A stretch of DNA of 64,000 nucleotides from Pseudomonadota bacterium (GTDB lineage Bacteria > Pseudomonadota > Alphaproteobacteria > Paracaedibacterales > CAITNM01): assembly GCA_046309815.1 (NCBI GenBank), contig JBKCOJ010000010.1, forward strand, positions 6,997-70,996, written 5' to 3'. This document shows, piece by piece, positions 28,634 to 37,471 of this stretch. The notes beneath the pieces were generated by a model. The model did not search any database and had not been told where the DNA came from. It saw nothing but the letters and a program-made list of their open reading frames with translations. How positions within the stretch are numbered: the first letter of the stretch is position 1; the number at the start of each line of letters is the position of its first letter. Both the position numbers and the translations under genes were made by a program.

Positions 28634-29716
28634 TCAAAAAGGGGAAGGTGGCAAAATAAAATCTGGCATAAAAGAAAAAGAAGAGTAATCAATTTCTTCA
28701 TCACTTGATTCATCGTCTTCTTTTTGGGGACTCTTTCTAGTTTTCTTTGGATTAATGAGTTTTCCATTTGCGTCGAATTCAAGACTGTTTCTTCTGCCTC
28801 TGTTGTTATAATTTCTTTCTTTTAGTTTTTGTATTTTGTCTTCTACTATTGGTCGATTTGGCTTAGAAGCAGGTAAAGATATTATTGTTGTGCTGTTAGA
28901 AGTGGGTGTTTGTTCTATCTCGTTATTTCCAAAAGAACCCATCATAACATTTTGTTGATAAACTTTATCTGTAAGAGCTTCCATTAATGACAATAAAAAA
29001 ACACTGTAAACGGGTTTGCCAGAAAAATTCTTTTTTTGGGAGACACGGGCTTTTATATATTCAGTAAGATTGGGATAAAGAGTATTTATCACATCTTCAA
29101 GTCGAAGTGTTGGGTGTAGATCAAGAGCAAAAGCTATTTCTTGCTGAAGTGATTGATTTAAGGAAACATCTTCTTCTGTTCCGTTTAGTCTGAACCATAT
29201 GCAATAAAATTTTTTGCAAAAAGCTTGTATTATCCATTCTTGGTTTTTTGCACCGTGAGGGTCTGGTGTGAAAGTAGTCTTTGCAAAAATGGCCACAGCA
29301 TCAGTTAAAATGCGACGATCAAAGAAGTGGTAAGGATCAAAAAGAAGAGGTCCAGAATGAGGTTTTTTTAAAGCGTACTTACTTAATATTGCATTTGCTA
29401 ATGAAATTATTTCATTAATGATGGGTGGGGCCGAAAGTTCTGTAACGATTGTATCAATAACTTCCGATGAGGGAAGATCGTACAAAAGCGGTTTTGAATG
29501 ACGCAAGATTAATTCATTAAATTGCGTCGGATTTAGAAAGTCATTTTTTTCCCAAAATGAAGCAGAGAAAAAGGTGAAAAATTCAACTTTAGGTGACCTT
29601 TGAGCAGAAACTATTTGCTGTTGAGGATTTTCATCATCGTCAATATCTAAAGCTGTTGCTGAATGTAAAAAACTGTAAATAACAAAAATGCATAAGACAA
29701 AAAAATTCCTCGACAT
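28634..29716 (-). CDS. hypothetical secreted protein, member A of a tandem paralogue pair
   Basis: Signal peptide MSRNFFVLCIFVIYSFLHSATA. Acidic Ser/Asp/Glu C-terminal tail. Motif-level similarity to 29787-30875. Confidence 0.55.
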   Translation of the reverse strand: MSRNFFVLCIFVIYSFLHSATALDIDDDENPQQQIVSAQRSPKVEFFTFFSASFWEKNDFLNPTQFNELILRHSKPLLYDLPSSEVIDTIVTELSAPPIINEIISLANAILSKYALKKPHSGPLLFDPYHFFDRRILTDAVAIFAKTTFTPDPHGAKNQEWIIQAFCKKFYCIWFRLNGTEEDVSLNQSLQQEIAFALDLHPTLRLEDVINTLYPNLTEYIKARVSQKKNFSGKPVYSVFLLSLMEALTDKVYQQNVMMGSFGNNEIEQTPTSNSTTIISLPASKPNRPIVEDKIQKLKERNYNNRGRRNSLEFDANGKLINPKKTRKSPQKEDDESSDEEIDYSSFSFMPDFILPPSPF

Positions 29717-29786
29717 ATGCCAGACATATTGGTTGATTATTCATAAATTGTAGAGATAGAAATGATGAATGAGCAAGGATTACTCT

Positions 29787-30875
29787 TTAATTATTGCTTG
29801 CTTGCAATTCTTCAAATTCTTCAAAATAGCTGCTAAACCTTGAATTTGAGGGTTGTGAAGAGGAAGCGCTAAGAGCATAGAGAGTTCGTGCAAGAATCCT
29901 GCTGTTACGTTTTGGATTTGGAGCTACTCTAGCAGATGTTAAAGAAGAGTTTTGCAAAGATGCTGGTTTTTTATTGAGTGGAAGGTTCACGGAAGCAGGT
30001 ACTATTACTTGCATTTGAATAGGCTCATATGTTTTAGGTGCAAGCGCATGCATTAAAGAGAGCGTAAAATAGGTGATCATTAAATCCTTTCGCATATCAA
30101 CAAAATTCTCGTTGAGCCACTTTGTTAAAGCGGGGTATGTTTGTTGAAATTCTTCATGGTAACTAGGTCCAAAGCCAACAATTTTTCCTATCTTGAGATG
30201 TAGAGTAATATTGAGTTCACTATTGTTATTAGATTGATATAGATTCTTCCATATTTGAGAGAAAGCAGACATAAAAATTTGTTGCTTCGAATGATTGATT
30301 TTTTCAGGCCTATTTATAATTCCAAAAAACGATCGCAGAGTAGTTCGCAAAATTTCTCGATCATAAAGATAGATAGAATTGAAGGTGATGAAAGTTTGTT
30401 TAGGATAATTTAATGTTGGCAGAAGTTCATTTGCTAGTGCATTAATATTCTTTAGTGCAGCTTTATTGCTTGACTCAAAAAGCTCATCAAATTTTTGCTG
30501 TAGGATTTGATTATTTACTGAAGGAAAGGATGGTCTTCTTTCCATCATTGATTCGTAAGCGTAAGGATCAGCAATAGCCCTTAGCGGTGTGGTGAAGGAT
30601 GAGTTTGAATTAAGAAAAATCCCTAATTTTTTGAGCGTTTCTGGATTGATGAAATATATGTCTGCTCTTCTTCCCATTTCGTAAGTATTTATGAAAATAA
30701 GAAAACCTTGTTGACTTCCCATGGAGTTAGCAAGCTTAGTCATGGTGGTGTGCGTTTTAAGATGCTTGATTTCTTCATCGTCATAATGCGTATCGGTACA
30801 GGATAAAGTTATATTTAGATAAAAAAGCATAAAGAAAAGTAATTGAAACATGCAGAAAACAAAAATTTTAATCAA
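29787..30875 (-). CDS. hypothetical secreted protein, member B of a tandem paralogue pair
   Basis: Hydrophobic N-terminus (TTG 30875 or ATG 30851). Shares blocks with 28634-29716 (LSLMHALAPKTYE vs LSLMEALTDKVYQ; YPALTKWL vs YPNLTEYI). Confidence 0.55.
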   Translation of the reverse strand: MIKIFVFCMFQLLFFMLFYLNITLSCTDTHYDDEEIKHLKTHTTMTKLANSMGSQQGFLIFINTYEMGRRADIYFINPETLKKLGIFLNSNSSFTTPLRAIADPYAYESMMERRPSFPSVNNQILQQKFDELFESSNKAALKNINALANELLPTLNYPKQTFITFNSIYLYDREILRTTLRSFFGIINRPEKINHSKQQIFMSAFSQIWKNLYQSNNNSELNITLHLKIGKIVGFGPSYHEEFQQTYPALTKWLNENFVDMRKDLMITYFTLSLMHALAPKTYEPIQMQVIVPASVNLPLNKKPASLQNSSLTSARVAPNPKRNSRILARTLYALSASSSQPSNSRFSSYFEEFEELQASNN

Positions 30876-30992
30876 AATTCATCGCTGCAGTTTAAACGCT
30901 GATAAGGGAAAATGAAATACTATTTTTGGCTCACTTGCTTTTTAAAAAAAAGGTGAGCTAGCATTAAAAAGTAGCTTGAAAAAGGATGACCT

Positions 30993-31289
30993 ATGCTTAA
31001 CGTAGTTGCGGCGATTTTTGTGGTTTTTGGATTGATTGGGTTATTTGCATTGATACTTCGTTATTTTCAGCAGTCCGGACGATTTTCTTTTCCTCTTTTA
31101 AATGCTAAGCAGCAAGGTGTTATCGTAGAACCTCCAATCATTCTTGATAGCAAGCGTCGTATTGTGAATATTACGCACCGCGGGCAGCGGTATGTTTTAA
31201 TGCTTGGTCCTAATAATGATGTATTGTTAGAAACGTCCTCGGCAGCTCGTTCAATTGAAGTAGCGGAGTTTGATAGAAAGAATGTCTAA
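30993..31289 (+). CDS. fliO: flagellar biosynthesis protein FliO
   Basis: 98 aa with a single TM, then the RRIVNITHRGQRYVLMLGPNNDVLL pattern. Directly precedes and overlaps fliP. Confidence 0.7.
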   Translation: MLNVVAAIFVVFGLIGLFALILRYFQQSGRFSFPLLNAKQQGVIVEPPIILDSKRRIVNITHRGQRYVLMLGPNNDVLLETSSAARSIEVAEFDRKNV

Positions 31290-32055
31290 TTTTTTAAAGA
31301 ACTTTCAAGTGAGACGTTTGCATGTTAATAATGCATGCTGTATTGCGGCATTGCTGCTTATTTTTATGCAATCGCCTCTTAGTGCGGATAGCTTTACTCT
31401 TAACTTAGGCGATACAAGCGGTAGTTTGATTGGGCGCATGATTCAACTGAGCGCGTTGATGGCGCTTTTAACTATAGCACCTTCAATTATTATTGTGGTG
31501 ACCTCCTTCACGCGTATTGTTGTTGTGTTTTCTTTTTTGCGAAATGCGCTTGGTACACAGCAATCACCGCCAAATATGATTTTAATAAGCTTAGCCATAT
31601 TTTTAACACTATTTATTATGGGGCCGGTCTTTAATAAGGCATATCAAGAAGGCGTATCGCCTTTAATGGACAACAAAATTTCCTATGAAACGGCCTATGA
31701 AAAAATTTGTGATCCGTTGCATATTTTTATGCGCAAAAATGTGCGTGAAAAGGACCTTGAACTGTTCATGTTTTTAAGTAAGGAAAAGGAAGTTAAATCG
31801 GCAAAAGATGTGCCAATGCGTATTCTTGTGCCAGCATTCGTGATTAGTGAGTTGCGACGTGGCTTTGAAATTGGCTTCTTAATTTATTTACCATTCGTGG
31901 TTATTGATATGGTGATTGCCAGTATTCTCATGAGTATGGGGATGATGATGTTGCCACCGATGTTGATTTCGATGCCGTTTAAGATTGTCTTTTTTGTATT
32001 GATTGACGGCTGGAATATGCTATGCGGCAGCTTGGTTAATAGTTTCAGTATGTGA
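31270..32055 (+). CDS. fliP: flagellar type III export apparatus protein FliP
   Basis: FTRIVVVFSFLRNALGTQQSPPN and the FLIYLPFVVIDMVIASILMSMGMMMLPP signature. Confidence 0.95.
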   Translation: MIERMSNFLKNFQVRRLHVNNACCIAALLLIFMQSPLSADSFTLNLGDTSGSLIGRMIQLSALMALLTIAPSIIIVVTSFTRIVVVFSFLRNALGTQQSPPNMILISLAIFLTLFIMGPVFNKAYQEGVSPLMDNKISYETAYEKICDPLHIFMRKNVREKDLELFMFLSKEKEVKSAKDVPMRILVPAFVISELRRGFEIGFLIYLPFVVIDMVIASILMSMGMMMLPPMLISMPFKIVFFVLIDGWNMLCGSLVNSFSM

Positions 32056-32200
32056 TTTTTTGTAACATTTTGGGGAATATTTTTTCATCTCTTGATTGGT
32101 ATCAATATCGATAAATTCTAGCTTTATTGATTCAAAAAAATGCTTGATGTTGATTTTATGTTAATATTTGTATAGAGATATTATTGAAAAGGGGTTAGCA

Positions 32201-32521
32201 ATGAAAATATTTAAAATAACTTTAATTGTAATGATTACACTTAGTGTTGTTTTTGCTTCTGAAAATGACGAAATTGCAGAACAATTTGCTGAGGGGATGA
32301 AGCAAGCTGTGGTTACAAGATTTCACGATCGAAATCCTCCTACAAATGATCCAGAAGCAGACCAAAAAAAGTTTCGCGAAGAATTAGCACTGTTGATGCT
32401 TGCACTGAACGTACTGAAGATTGGTGAGATAAATGGTCATAATTTATGGGATAGTATTCCTCCTGCCGAGTTGACAAACTCGGTGCTTACTATGATGGAT
32501 ACATTGCGTAATAAAAGATGA
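32201..32521 (+). CDS. small hypothetical secreted protein (106 aa)
   Basis: AAAAGGGG SD before ATG 32201. Signal peptide MKIFKITLIVMITLSVVFA. No family recognised. Confidence 0.45.
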   Translation: MKIFKITLIVMITLSVVFASENDEIAEQFAEGMKQAVVTRFHDRNPPTNDPEADQKKFREELALLMLALNVLKIGEINGHNLWDSIPPAELTNSVLTMMDTLRNKR

Positions 32522-32567
32522 GATTTTCGAACAATAACAAGTAATCTAAAAATAATCGCTAAATTTT

Positions 32568-32607
32568 GTCTTAAGGTAATGTTTTTCCTTAAGACATTTA
32601 GTTTTTT
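32568..32607. terminator. hairpin between convergent genes (likely bidirectional terminator)
   Basis: Perfect 9-bp inverted repeat GTCTTAAGG-N10-CCTTAAGAC, followed by a T-rich run on the + strand. Confidence 0.6.
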
Positions 32608-32628
32608 ACCTCCCTGCGTCCATTCAAA

Positions 32629-32859
32629 TCAGGATTTCTCTACCCATTGATCTTCTTTTTTTGTGTACTTTTTCTTAACTGCTGCCCAAGCAACTTTATG
32701 AGCAACCTGTTCCCTTGTTTCTGAAGAATTTCTTCGTTCTTTTGGGCTTTTATATTCATCCCAAGCAGAATTAAATGCTGAACGATAAATATCCTGAGCA
32801 TGGTCAGGAAGATGCTTTGTGACAGATTCTGGTAAATCAGAATTATTTGCATAAGGCAT
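32629..32859 (-). CDS. chaB: ChaB-family protein
   Basis: MPYANNSDLPESVTKHLPDHAQDIYRSAFNSAWDEY matches the ChaB N-terminal pattern. Start at the MPY codon (32859). Confidence 0.75.
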   Translation of the reverse strand: MPYANNSDLPESVTKHLPDHAQDIYRSAFNSAWDEYKSPKERRNSSETREQVAHKVAWAAVKKKYTKKEDQWVEKS

Positions 32860-32921
32860 AAAGACCTCCATCTAATTGAGGCTGCAATTAAGTAGTTATT
32901 TAGATTTCCTAGCTTTATAGG

Positions 32922-33050
32922 TTACCAGCAACAGCAGCCGCTTAGCAACAGCAATACTGCCCCTAATCCAATTCTTATTATTCCATAGCTCTTTGAAGCG
33001 GGGGTTACATACTCCATAGCATGTTTTCTCTCAGAATGATGAATCACCAT
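32922..33050 (-). CDS. unannotated 42-aa ORF (MVIHHSERKHAMEYVTPASKSYGIIRIGLGAVLLLLSGCCCW)
   Basis: Not in the supplied track (shorter than 60 aa). GGAGG lies 6 nt before the ATG. One hydrophobic helix, ending in GCCCW. Sits between the lyase-like gene and chaB on the same strand. Confidence 0.3.
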   Translation of the reverse strand: MVIHHSERKHAMEYVTPASKSYGIIRIGLGAVLLLLSGCCCW

Positions 33051-33164
33051 GATTTGCCTCCTTAAAAACATATTTCACCAACCTAATAGGCCTTTATAAG
33101 AAAAATTAATAGGTGAAAAAAAATGTTTTTTTAACGTTAAATGTATGTTAGAAGCATGGTCATT

Positions 33165-33884
33165 TTATATCGACGCTTCCCATAGAATAAGCCCCGACCA
33201 CATCATTACCAATTCCGGGAATGGAGATGATTCATCAAGCCAATTATGAGCAAATTCTGGTAAAGGAGAGATACGAGTGTCTTTTGTGAAATGGCTGTCG
33301 CTGCAATCGATAGCATCTATTTCTTTTAAAAAACTATGCGGTTTTATAATGGTGCATAAATCTCCTTTATACGCGCCATAACGCGTGAAGAGTGCTCCTG
33401 TATGTCCAAGTTGTGCATCAGTTTGTATATTCACAAAATCGGTTTGTGGATTTAGAATTTTACGTTCAATAGATGCGTTTAATACACGATCAAATTCAGT
33501 AGCAATCTCATTCGCATGTTCTAAGGAGGTCGGATATATGGTTATAAATTTTCCTGATTGTTGAGGCTGAAAGCTTAAATGTCTTAGTCCAGCATACGTG
33601 GTGTATTTAAAATGAGCATTATGAGATTCTAAAACAGGTAATGCTAAATCAAAGATTGTATCCATGCTTTCCAAAGTTGCCGAAAGATGCAATTTCCAGC
33701 CTTGAAATATGGGTGTAGAACCTACAAGTACAAATGTTTTTTTGCCATTTTTAGGAAAATTGGCAGCTCGTGCATCAGCGTAACTATCATAAATAATGTC
33801 GATATTTTCAGCAGCGCCTGATACATAAGGACTTTTTATAAAAATGAAAAATACGACAATAATAAGTACTATTTTTTGAATCAC
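33165..33884 (-). CDS. secreted protein with OspF/SpvC-type phosphothreonine-lyase-like motifs
   Basis: GTG start with AGAGGGA upstream. Signal peptide. QGWKLHLSA ... HFKYTT ... SGKFITIYP reproduces the K-x-H / K / Y order and spacing of the OspF/SpvC/LanKC lyase fold. This is a motif-level match from memory only. Confidence 0.45.
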   Translation of the reverse strand: MIQKIVLIIVVFFIFIKSPYVSGAAENIDIIYDSYADARAANFPKNGKKTFVLVGSTPIFQGWKLHLSATLESMDTIFDLALPVLESHNAHFKYTTYAGLRHLSFQPQQSGKFITIYPTSLEHANEIATEFDRVLNASIERKILNPQTDFVNIQTDAQLGHTGALFTRYGAYKGDLCTIIKPHSFLKEIDAIDCSDSHFTKDTRISPLPEFAHNWLDESSPFPELVMMWSGLILWEASI

Positions 33885-33980
33885 CTTTTCCCTCTTTTTT
33901 ATTTTTCTTCATCATACGGGAGTATTTCTATACAACTCGTTAATTAAAGAAAAATTACAGATTAAAGAGGTTAAGGATTG

Positions 33981-34769
33981 TTAGGAAAGGGGCACAAATC
34001 GAACCGCAAGGACAGAATGCTGGGTTATTTCTCCTTGTTTATTTTTACGCACAACTGTAAGCCGTTGATCGTGATTAGGTTTGCCTAAAGGAATAATCAT
34101 AATTCCATCGTTAGCAAGCTGTTCTAATAATGCTGATGGTATAGTTTCTGAGGCAGCGGTGACAATAATTTTATTGTAAGGAGCATGCTCTCTCCATCCT
34201 TGAGCACCATCTCTTTTTGCGACATGAACATTTCCATAGCCAAATTGAATAAGCCTTTGTTGAGCGGTTTGTGCAAGAACAGTACTAGTTTCAACGCTAT
34301 GCACCTCATCAGCTAATTGGCTGAGAATTGCCGCTTGGTACCCAGATCCTGTGCCTATTTCAAGCACCTTATCAAAAGAATGAACATCTAAAAGTTCCGT
34401 CATTATCGCTACAATAAAAGGTTGAGATATGGTTTGCCCTTCTTCAATAGGAAGGGCTGTGTTGTCATACGCTAGATACTCATCGCCTGGTCGTACGAAT
34501 AAATGACGAGGTACTAGATTCAGCGCTCTTAAGACTTTAGAAGAAATGCAGCTTATTCCTGTTTGTTTAGCTGTCTTTTCTACTTGCTTGTCTATTTCTT
34601 TTAGTAATCGTTTGTGCGCTTCTTGGTAGCGTTTAAGGGATAAGTTCATAACCATACCTCCTGCTTGTATGTTTGCGACTCTTTCAGATAAGCAAAGTAC
34701 GTAACACCCCTGAGTATTTGCAAGAAGGCTTAATTTTAGGAGGTATACCAGGATAAGTAGCGTGTGCAT
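33981..34769 (-). CDS. pcm: protein-L-isoaspartate O-methyltransferase
   Basis: ISQPFIVAIMTELL and VLEIGTGSGYQAAIL motifs. Two in-frame ATGs (34769 and 34655) each have a strong GGAGG. Confidence 0.9.
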   Translation of the reverse strand: MHTLLILVYLLKLSLLANTQGCYVLCLSERVANIQAGGMVMNLSLKRYQEAHKRLLKEIDKQVEKTAKQTGISCISSKVLRALNLVPRHLFVRPGDEYLAYDNTALPIEEGQTISQPFIVAIMTELLDVHSFDKVLEIGTGSGYQAAILSQLADEVHSVETSTVLAQTAQQRLIQFGYGNVHVAKRDGAQGWREHAPYNKIIVTAASETIPSALLEQLANDGIMIIPLGKPNHDQRLTVVRKNKQGEITQHSVLAVRFVPLS

Positions 34770-34974
34770 ATAGGCCTCCTTTTTAGAACTTCAAAGGCAT
34801 AGTTGAGGTTGGTATAGGCTTGGTTTAAAGCATTGTCAACCCGCCTTAAGAATGTGACGTGAGAGAGGTTTTATGCATAAAGAACTCAGTTATAAAAGTT
34901 TTTTACTCCACCTATTTTGCCAAAATAAAACAGATATAGTAGATTTGCTCCAGGGTATTCAGGCATAAGCATTA

Positions 34975-35793
34975 ATGATCTCTTTTCCTTCTATTGATCC
35001 GGTGGCGCTAGCCTTCGGGCCTTTGAAAATTCATTGGTATGGCATTGCTTATGTGGCAGGTATTATTTTAGCCTGTCATTGGGCACATGGATTAATACGT
35101 CGTTTTCAATTTTCTATTTCTCATAAATTATTTGATGATCTTCTGCCTTATATCGTTATCGGCATCGTTGTGGGCGGACGTCTTGGCCACACCATGTTGT
35201 ATGAGCCTGCTTATTATTTGAGTGATCCTTTAGAGATTTTTAAAGTATGGAAAGGCGGCATGTCTTTTCACGGTGGGTTAATTGGTGTGGTGCTGATGGC
35301 ATTAATTTACACAAAAAAACACCGATTAGATTTTTATGAGTTGGGTGACCTCATGGCGCTGATTTCTCCTATCGGGTTATTTTTTGGACGTTTAGCTAAC
35401 TTTGTGAATGCGGAATTGTGCGGCATAGAGACATCGATGCCATGGGGTGTAATATTTCCCCATCAAGTTATTGCGCACCATCCAACGCAAATTTACGAGG
35501 CGCTACTAGAAGGCTTAGCGTTGTTTTTAATTCTCAATGGCATGTATAGAAATTCATCCAAATTACGATCTTTTAAAGGTCTGACAGGGTGTTTATTTTT
35601 ATTTTTATATGCACTCTTTCGCTTATGTGTTGAAGCGTTTAAAGTACAAGAAGTGGTCATGCAACTTGGCACATGCAAACTAGGAGTTGGTGTTATACTA
35701 TGTACGCTCATGCTTTCGCTAAGCATTCTGTTGATAATGGTGCGCCTTCGTGCATTCAAGACTATATCCGCAAAAACGGCCCCGTTACGGTAG
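34975..35793 (+). CDS. lgt: prolipoprotein diacylglyceryl transferase
   Basis: IHWYGIAYVAGI, GGRLGH, GGMSFHGGLIG and FGRLANFVNAEL motifs. Confidence 0.95.
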   Translation: MISFPSIDPVALAFGPLKIHWYGIAYVAGIILACHWAHGLIRRFQFSISHKLFDDLLPYIVIGIVVGGRLGHTMLYEPAYYLSDPLEIFKVWKGGMSFHGGLIGVVLMALIYTKKHRLDFYELGDLMALISPIGLFFGRLANFVNAELCGIETSMPWGVIFPHQVIAHHPTQIYEALLEGLALFLILNGMYRNSSKLRSFKGLTGCLFLFLYALFRLCVEAFKVQEVVMQLGTCKLGVGVILCTLMLSLSILLIMVRLRAFKTISAKTAPLR

Positions 35794-36725
35794 AGGAAGC
35801 ACAAAAGCTTGCTCTGTATCATCCCGAATTTGGCTATTATGTCCACAACAGTGTCATTGGAGCGCAAGGGGATTTTATAACGGCTCCGGAAATCTCTCAG
35901 CTTTTTGGCGAAATGCTTGCTTTTTGGTGTATTGCACAATGGCAAGAAGCTGGGATGCCACCTTCGTTACACCTTATAGAACTTGGCCCTGGGCGAGGGA
36001 CGTTGCTTCAAGATATTTTACGTATCGGTGCGGGCCAGCAAGGTTTTTTAGATAGTTTAACAGTAAGCTGTGTTGAGGTTTGTTCGTATTTACGCGAACA
36101 TCAACAGCAAGCATTAGGGGAATATCCTTTTATTTTTTGGTATTCAAGCTTAGAAGACGTGCCTCACGGTGCCGATTTTACTATTGTTATTGCCAACGAA
36201 TTTTTTGACACGTTGCCGGTGCGTCAATTTATTGGCCATGAAGAGCGGATGGTTCGTTATAGTGAACAAGAAAATACGCTGATTTTTTCACCACCAGGTA
36301 ATCCAAAAACAATTAAAGAAGCATGTCCAATTGGTGAAGAAATTATGCACCAAATCATGCATCATTTATCTCCTGGGGTGGGACTTATTATTGATTACGG
36401 AGATGACACTCCGCCTGAATCTCGGTTTGGTGATACGCTGCAAGCGTTGTTTCAGCATAAGCCGGTTGATGTGCTGCAAAGTTTAAGTTTTGCGGATGTG
36501 TCGCATCAGGTGGATTTTCATAAATTATGCAGCGTTGCTACGAATTTTCGTTTTCAACCCCAAGGAAATTTCTTGCTAAGACTTGGCATTGAACAACGAC
36601 TGGAAAAGCTTATTAATATCGCTTCTCCTGAGCAACGATTTGGCTTAACAACAGGAGCTACAAGACTGGTTGCTCCAACAGAAATGGGGCAACGTTTTAA
36701 AGTATTAGAGGTATTTCAATGGTAG
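35700..36725 (+). CDS. class I SAM-dependent methyltransferase, NDUFAF7/MidA (DUF185) family
   Basis: GDFITAPEISQLFGEML and ELGPGRGTL motifs. Start uncertain (35673 or 35700). Overlaps the lgt 3' end. Confidence 0.85.
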   Translation: MYAHAFAKHSVDNGAPSCIQDYIRKNGPVTVEEAQKLALYHPEFGYYVHNSVIGAQGDFITAPEISQLFGEMLAFWCIAQWQEAGMPPSLHLIELGPGRGTLLQDILRIGAGQQGFLDSLTVSCVEVCSYLREHQQQALGEYPFIFWYSSLEDVPHGADFTIVIANEFFDTLPVRQFIGHEERMVRYSEQENTLIFSPPGNPKTIKEACPIGEEIMHQIMHHLSPGVGLIIDYGDDTPPESRFGDTLQALFQHKPVDVLQSLSFADVSHQVDFHKLCSVATNFRFQPQGNFLLRLGIEQRLEKLINIASPEQRFGLTTGATRLVAPTEMGQRFKVLEVFQW

Positions 36726-37471
36726 GTAATCCCCCTTATAAAACAGCGAAACAGTTTGAACATACAGGCATCGTGCATGGCTTTTTTGGACGACAAGGCG
36801 GTGTGAGTAAAGGTATCTACGCAACGCTAAATATCGGGTTTGATAAAGGTGATGACGACGTAAATATTGTTGAAAATAGAAAGCGCATTAGTAATGTAAT
36901 GGGTATTGATCGTATGGTCACCCTTAGGCAAGTGCATAAAGCAGATGTGTTAATTGTGGATGCGTCTACCGAAAATGGCTATCAAAAGGATGCAATGGTT
37001 ACCAAAACGCCAGGGCGTTTACTTGCCATTCAAACGGCAGATTGTGCGCCTGTTTTGCTAGTTGATCCTATTGCGCGTGTGGTAGGGGGAATTCACGCTG
37101 GATGGCGTAGTGCAGTAGCTGGTATTATAAAAAACACAATAGAGGCAATGTGTTCATTAGGGGCGAAAAAGGAAAATATTATGGCTGTTATTGGTCCGTG
37201 TGTGCATCAAAAAAGCTATGAAGTAGGACAGGAAGTTTTTGATGAAGCTAACCGTGCTGAATTTTTTATTCCTTCTTCTAAATCTGGACATTATCTTTTT
37301 GATTTAGGTGGGTATGTTCAGCAGGATTTGAAAACTCAAGGCATTAAAGCTATTGAAATACTTCCTTTTGATACGTATGAGCTGGAAGAGGAATATTTTA
37401 GTTGCAGGCGCTCTGCTCATCGAGGAGAGTCTCTTTTTGGTAATCAATTATCAGTGATTGGATTGGCATAA
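36719..37471 (+). CDS. pgeF: PgeF/YfiH family (laccase-domain) peptidoglycan editing / purine nucleoside phosphorylase protein
   Basis: QVHKADV, TADCAPVLL and HAGWRS motifs. Overlaps the upstream methyltransferase gene. Confidence 0.9.
   Translation: MVGNPPYKTAKQFEHTGIVHGFFGRQGGVSKGIYATLNIGFDKGDDDVNIVENRKRISNVMGIDRMVTLRQVHKADVLIVDASTENGYQKDAMVTKTPGRLLAIQTADCAPVLLVDPIARVVGGIHAGWRSAVAGIIKNTIEAMCSLGAKKENIMAVIGPCVHQKSYEVGQEVFDEANRAEFFIPSSKSGHYLFDLGGYVQQDLKTQGIKAIEILPFDTYELEEEYFSCRRSAHRGESLFGNQLSVIGLA

Noticed and set aside
26506-28659. Plus-strand ORFs 26506-26739, 27076-27507, 27709-28035 and 28249-28659
   Set aside because: All lie antisense to rpsP or ffh. The Cys/Arg/Phe-rich 26506-26739 product is simply the reverse reading of the Ala/Pro/Glu tail of S16.
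28561-28782. 73-aa ORF overlapping the 3' end of the 360-aa secreted-protein gene, considered as a frameshifted continuation
   Set aside because: There is no homopolymer or alignment support for a frameshift. The paralogue also ends in a short acidic tail, so the annotated stop is plausible.
30876-30992. Possible sigma-28 (GCTGATAA) or sigma-54 (TGGCTCACTTGC) promoter elements upstream of fliO
   Set aside because: The -10-like GCTGATAA has no TAAA at the required 15-nt spacing. The GG...GC spacing is 7 nt rather than the 10 nt needed for sigma-54.
34873-34968. 31-codon + strand ORF (MHKELSYKSFLLHLFCQNKTDIVDLLQGIQA) with GAGAGAGG upstream, ending 6 nt before lgt
   Set aside because: It is short, has no recognisable family and I cannot assess its conservation. 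It could be a leader peptide, but the evidence is insufficient to call it a feature.
35493-35945. 150-aa minus-strand ORF across the lgt / methyltransferase junction
   Set aside because: It is antisense to two well-supported genes and resembles no known family.
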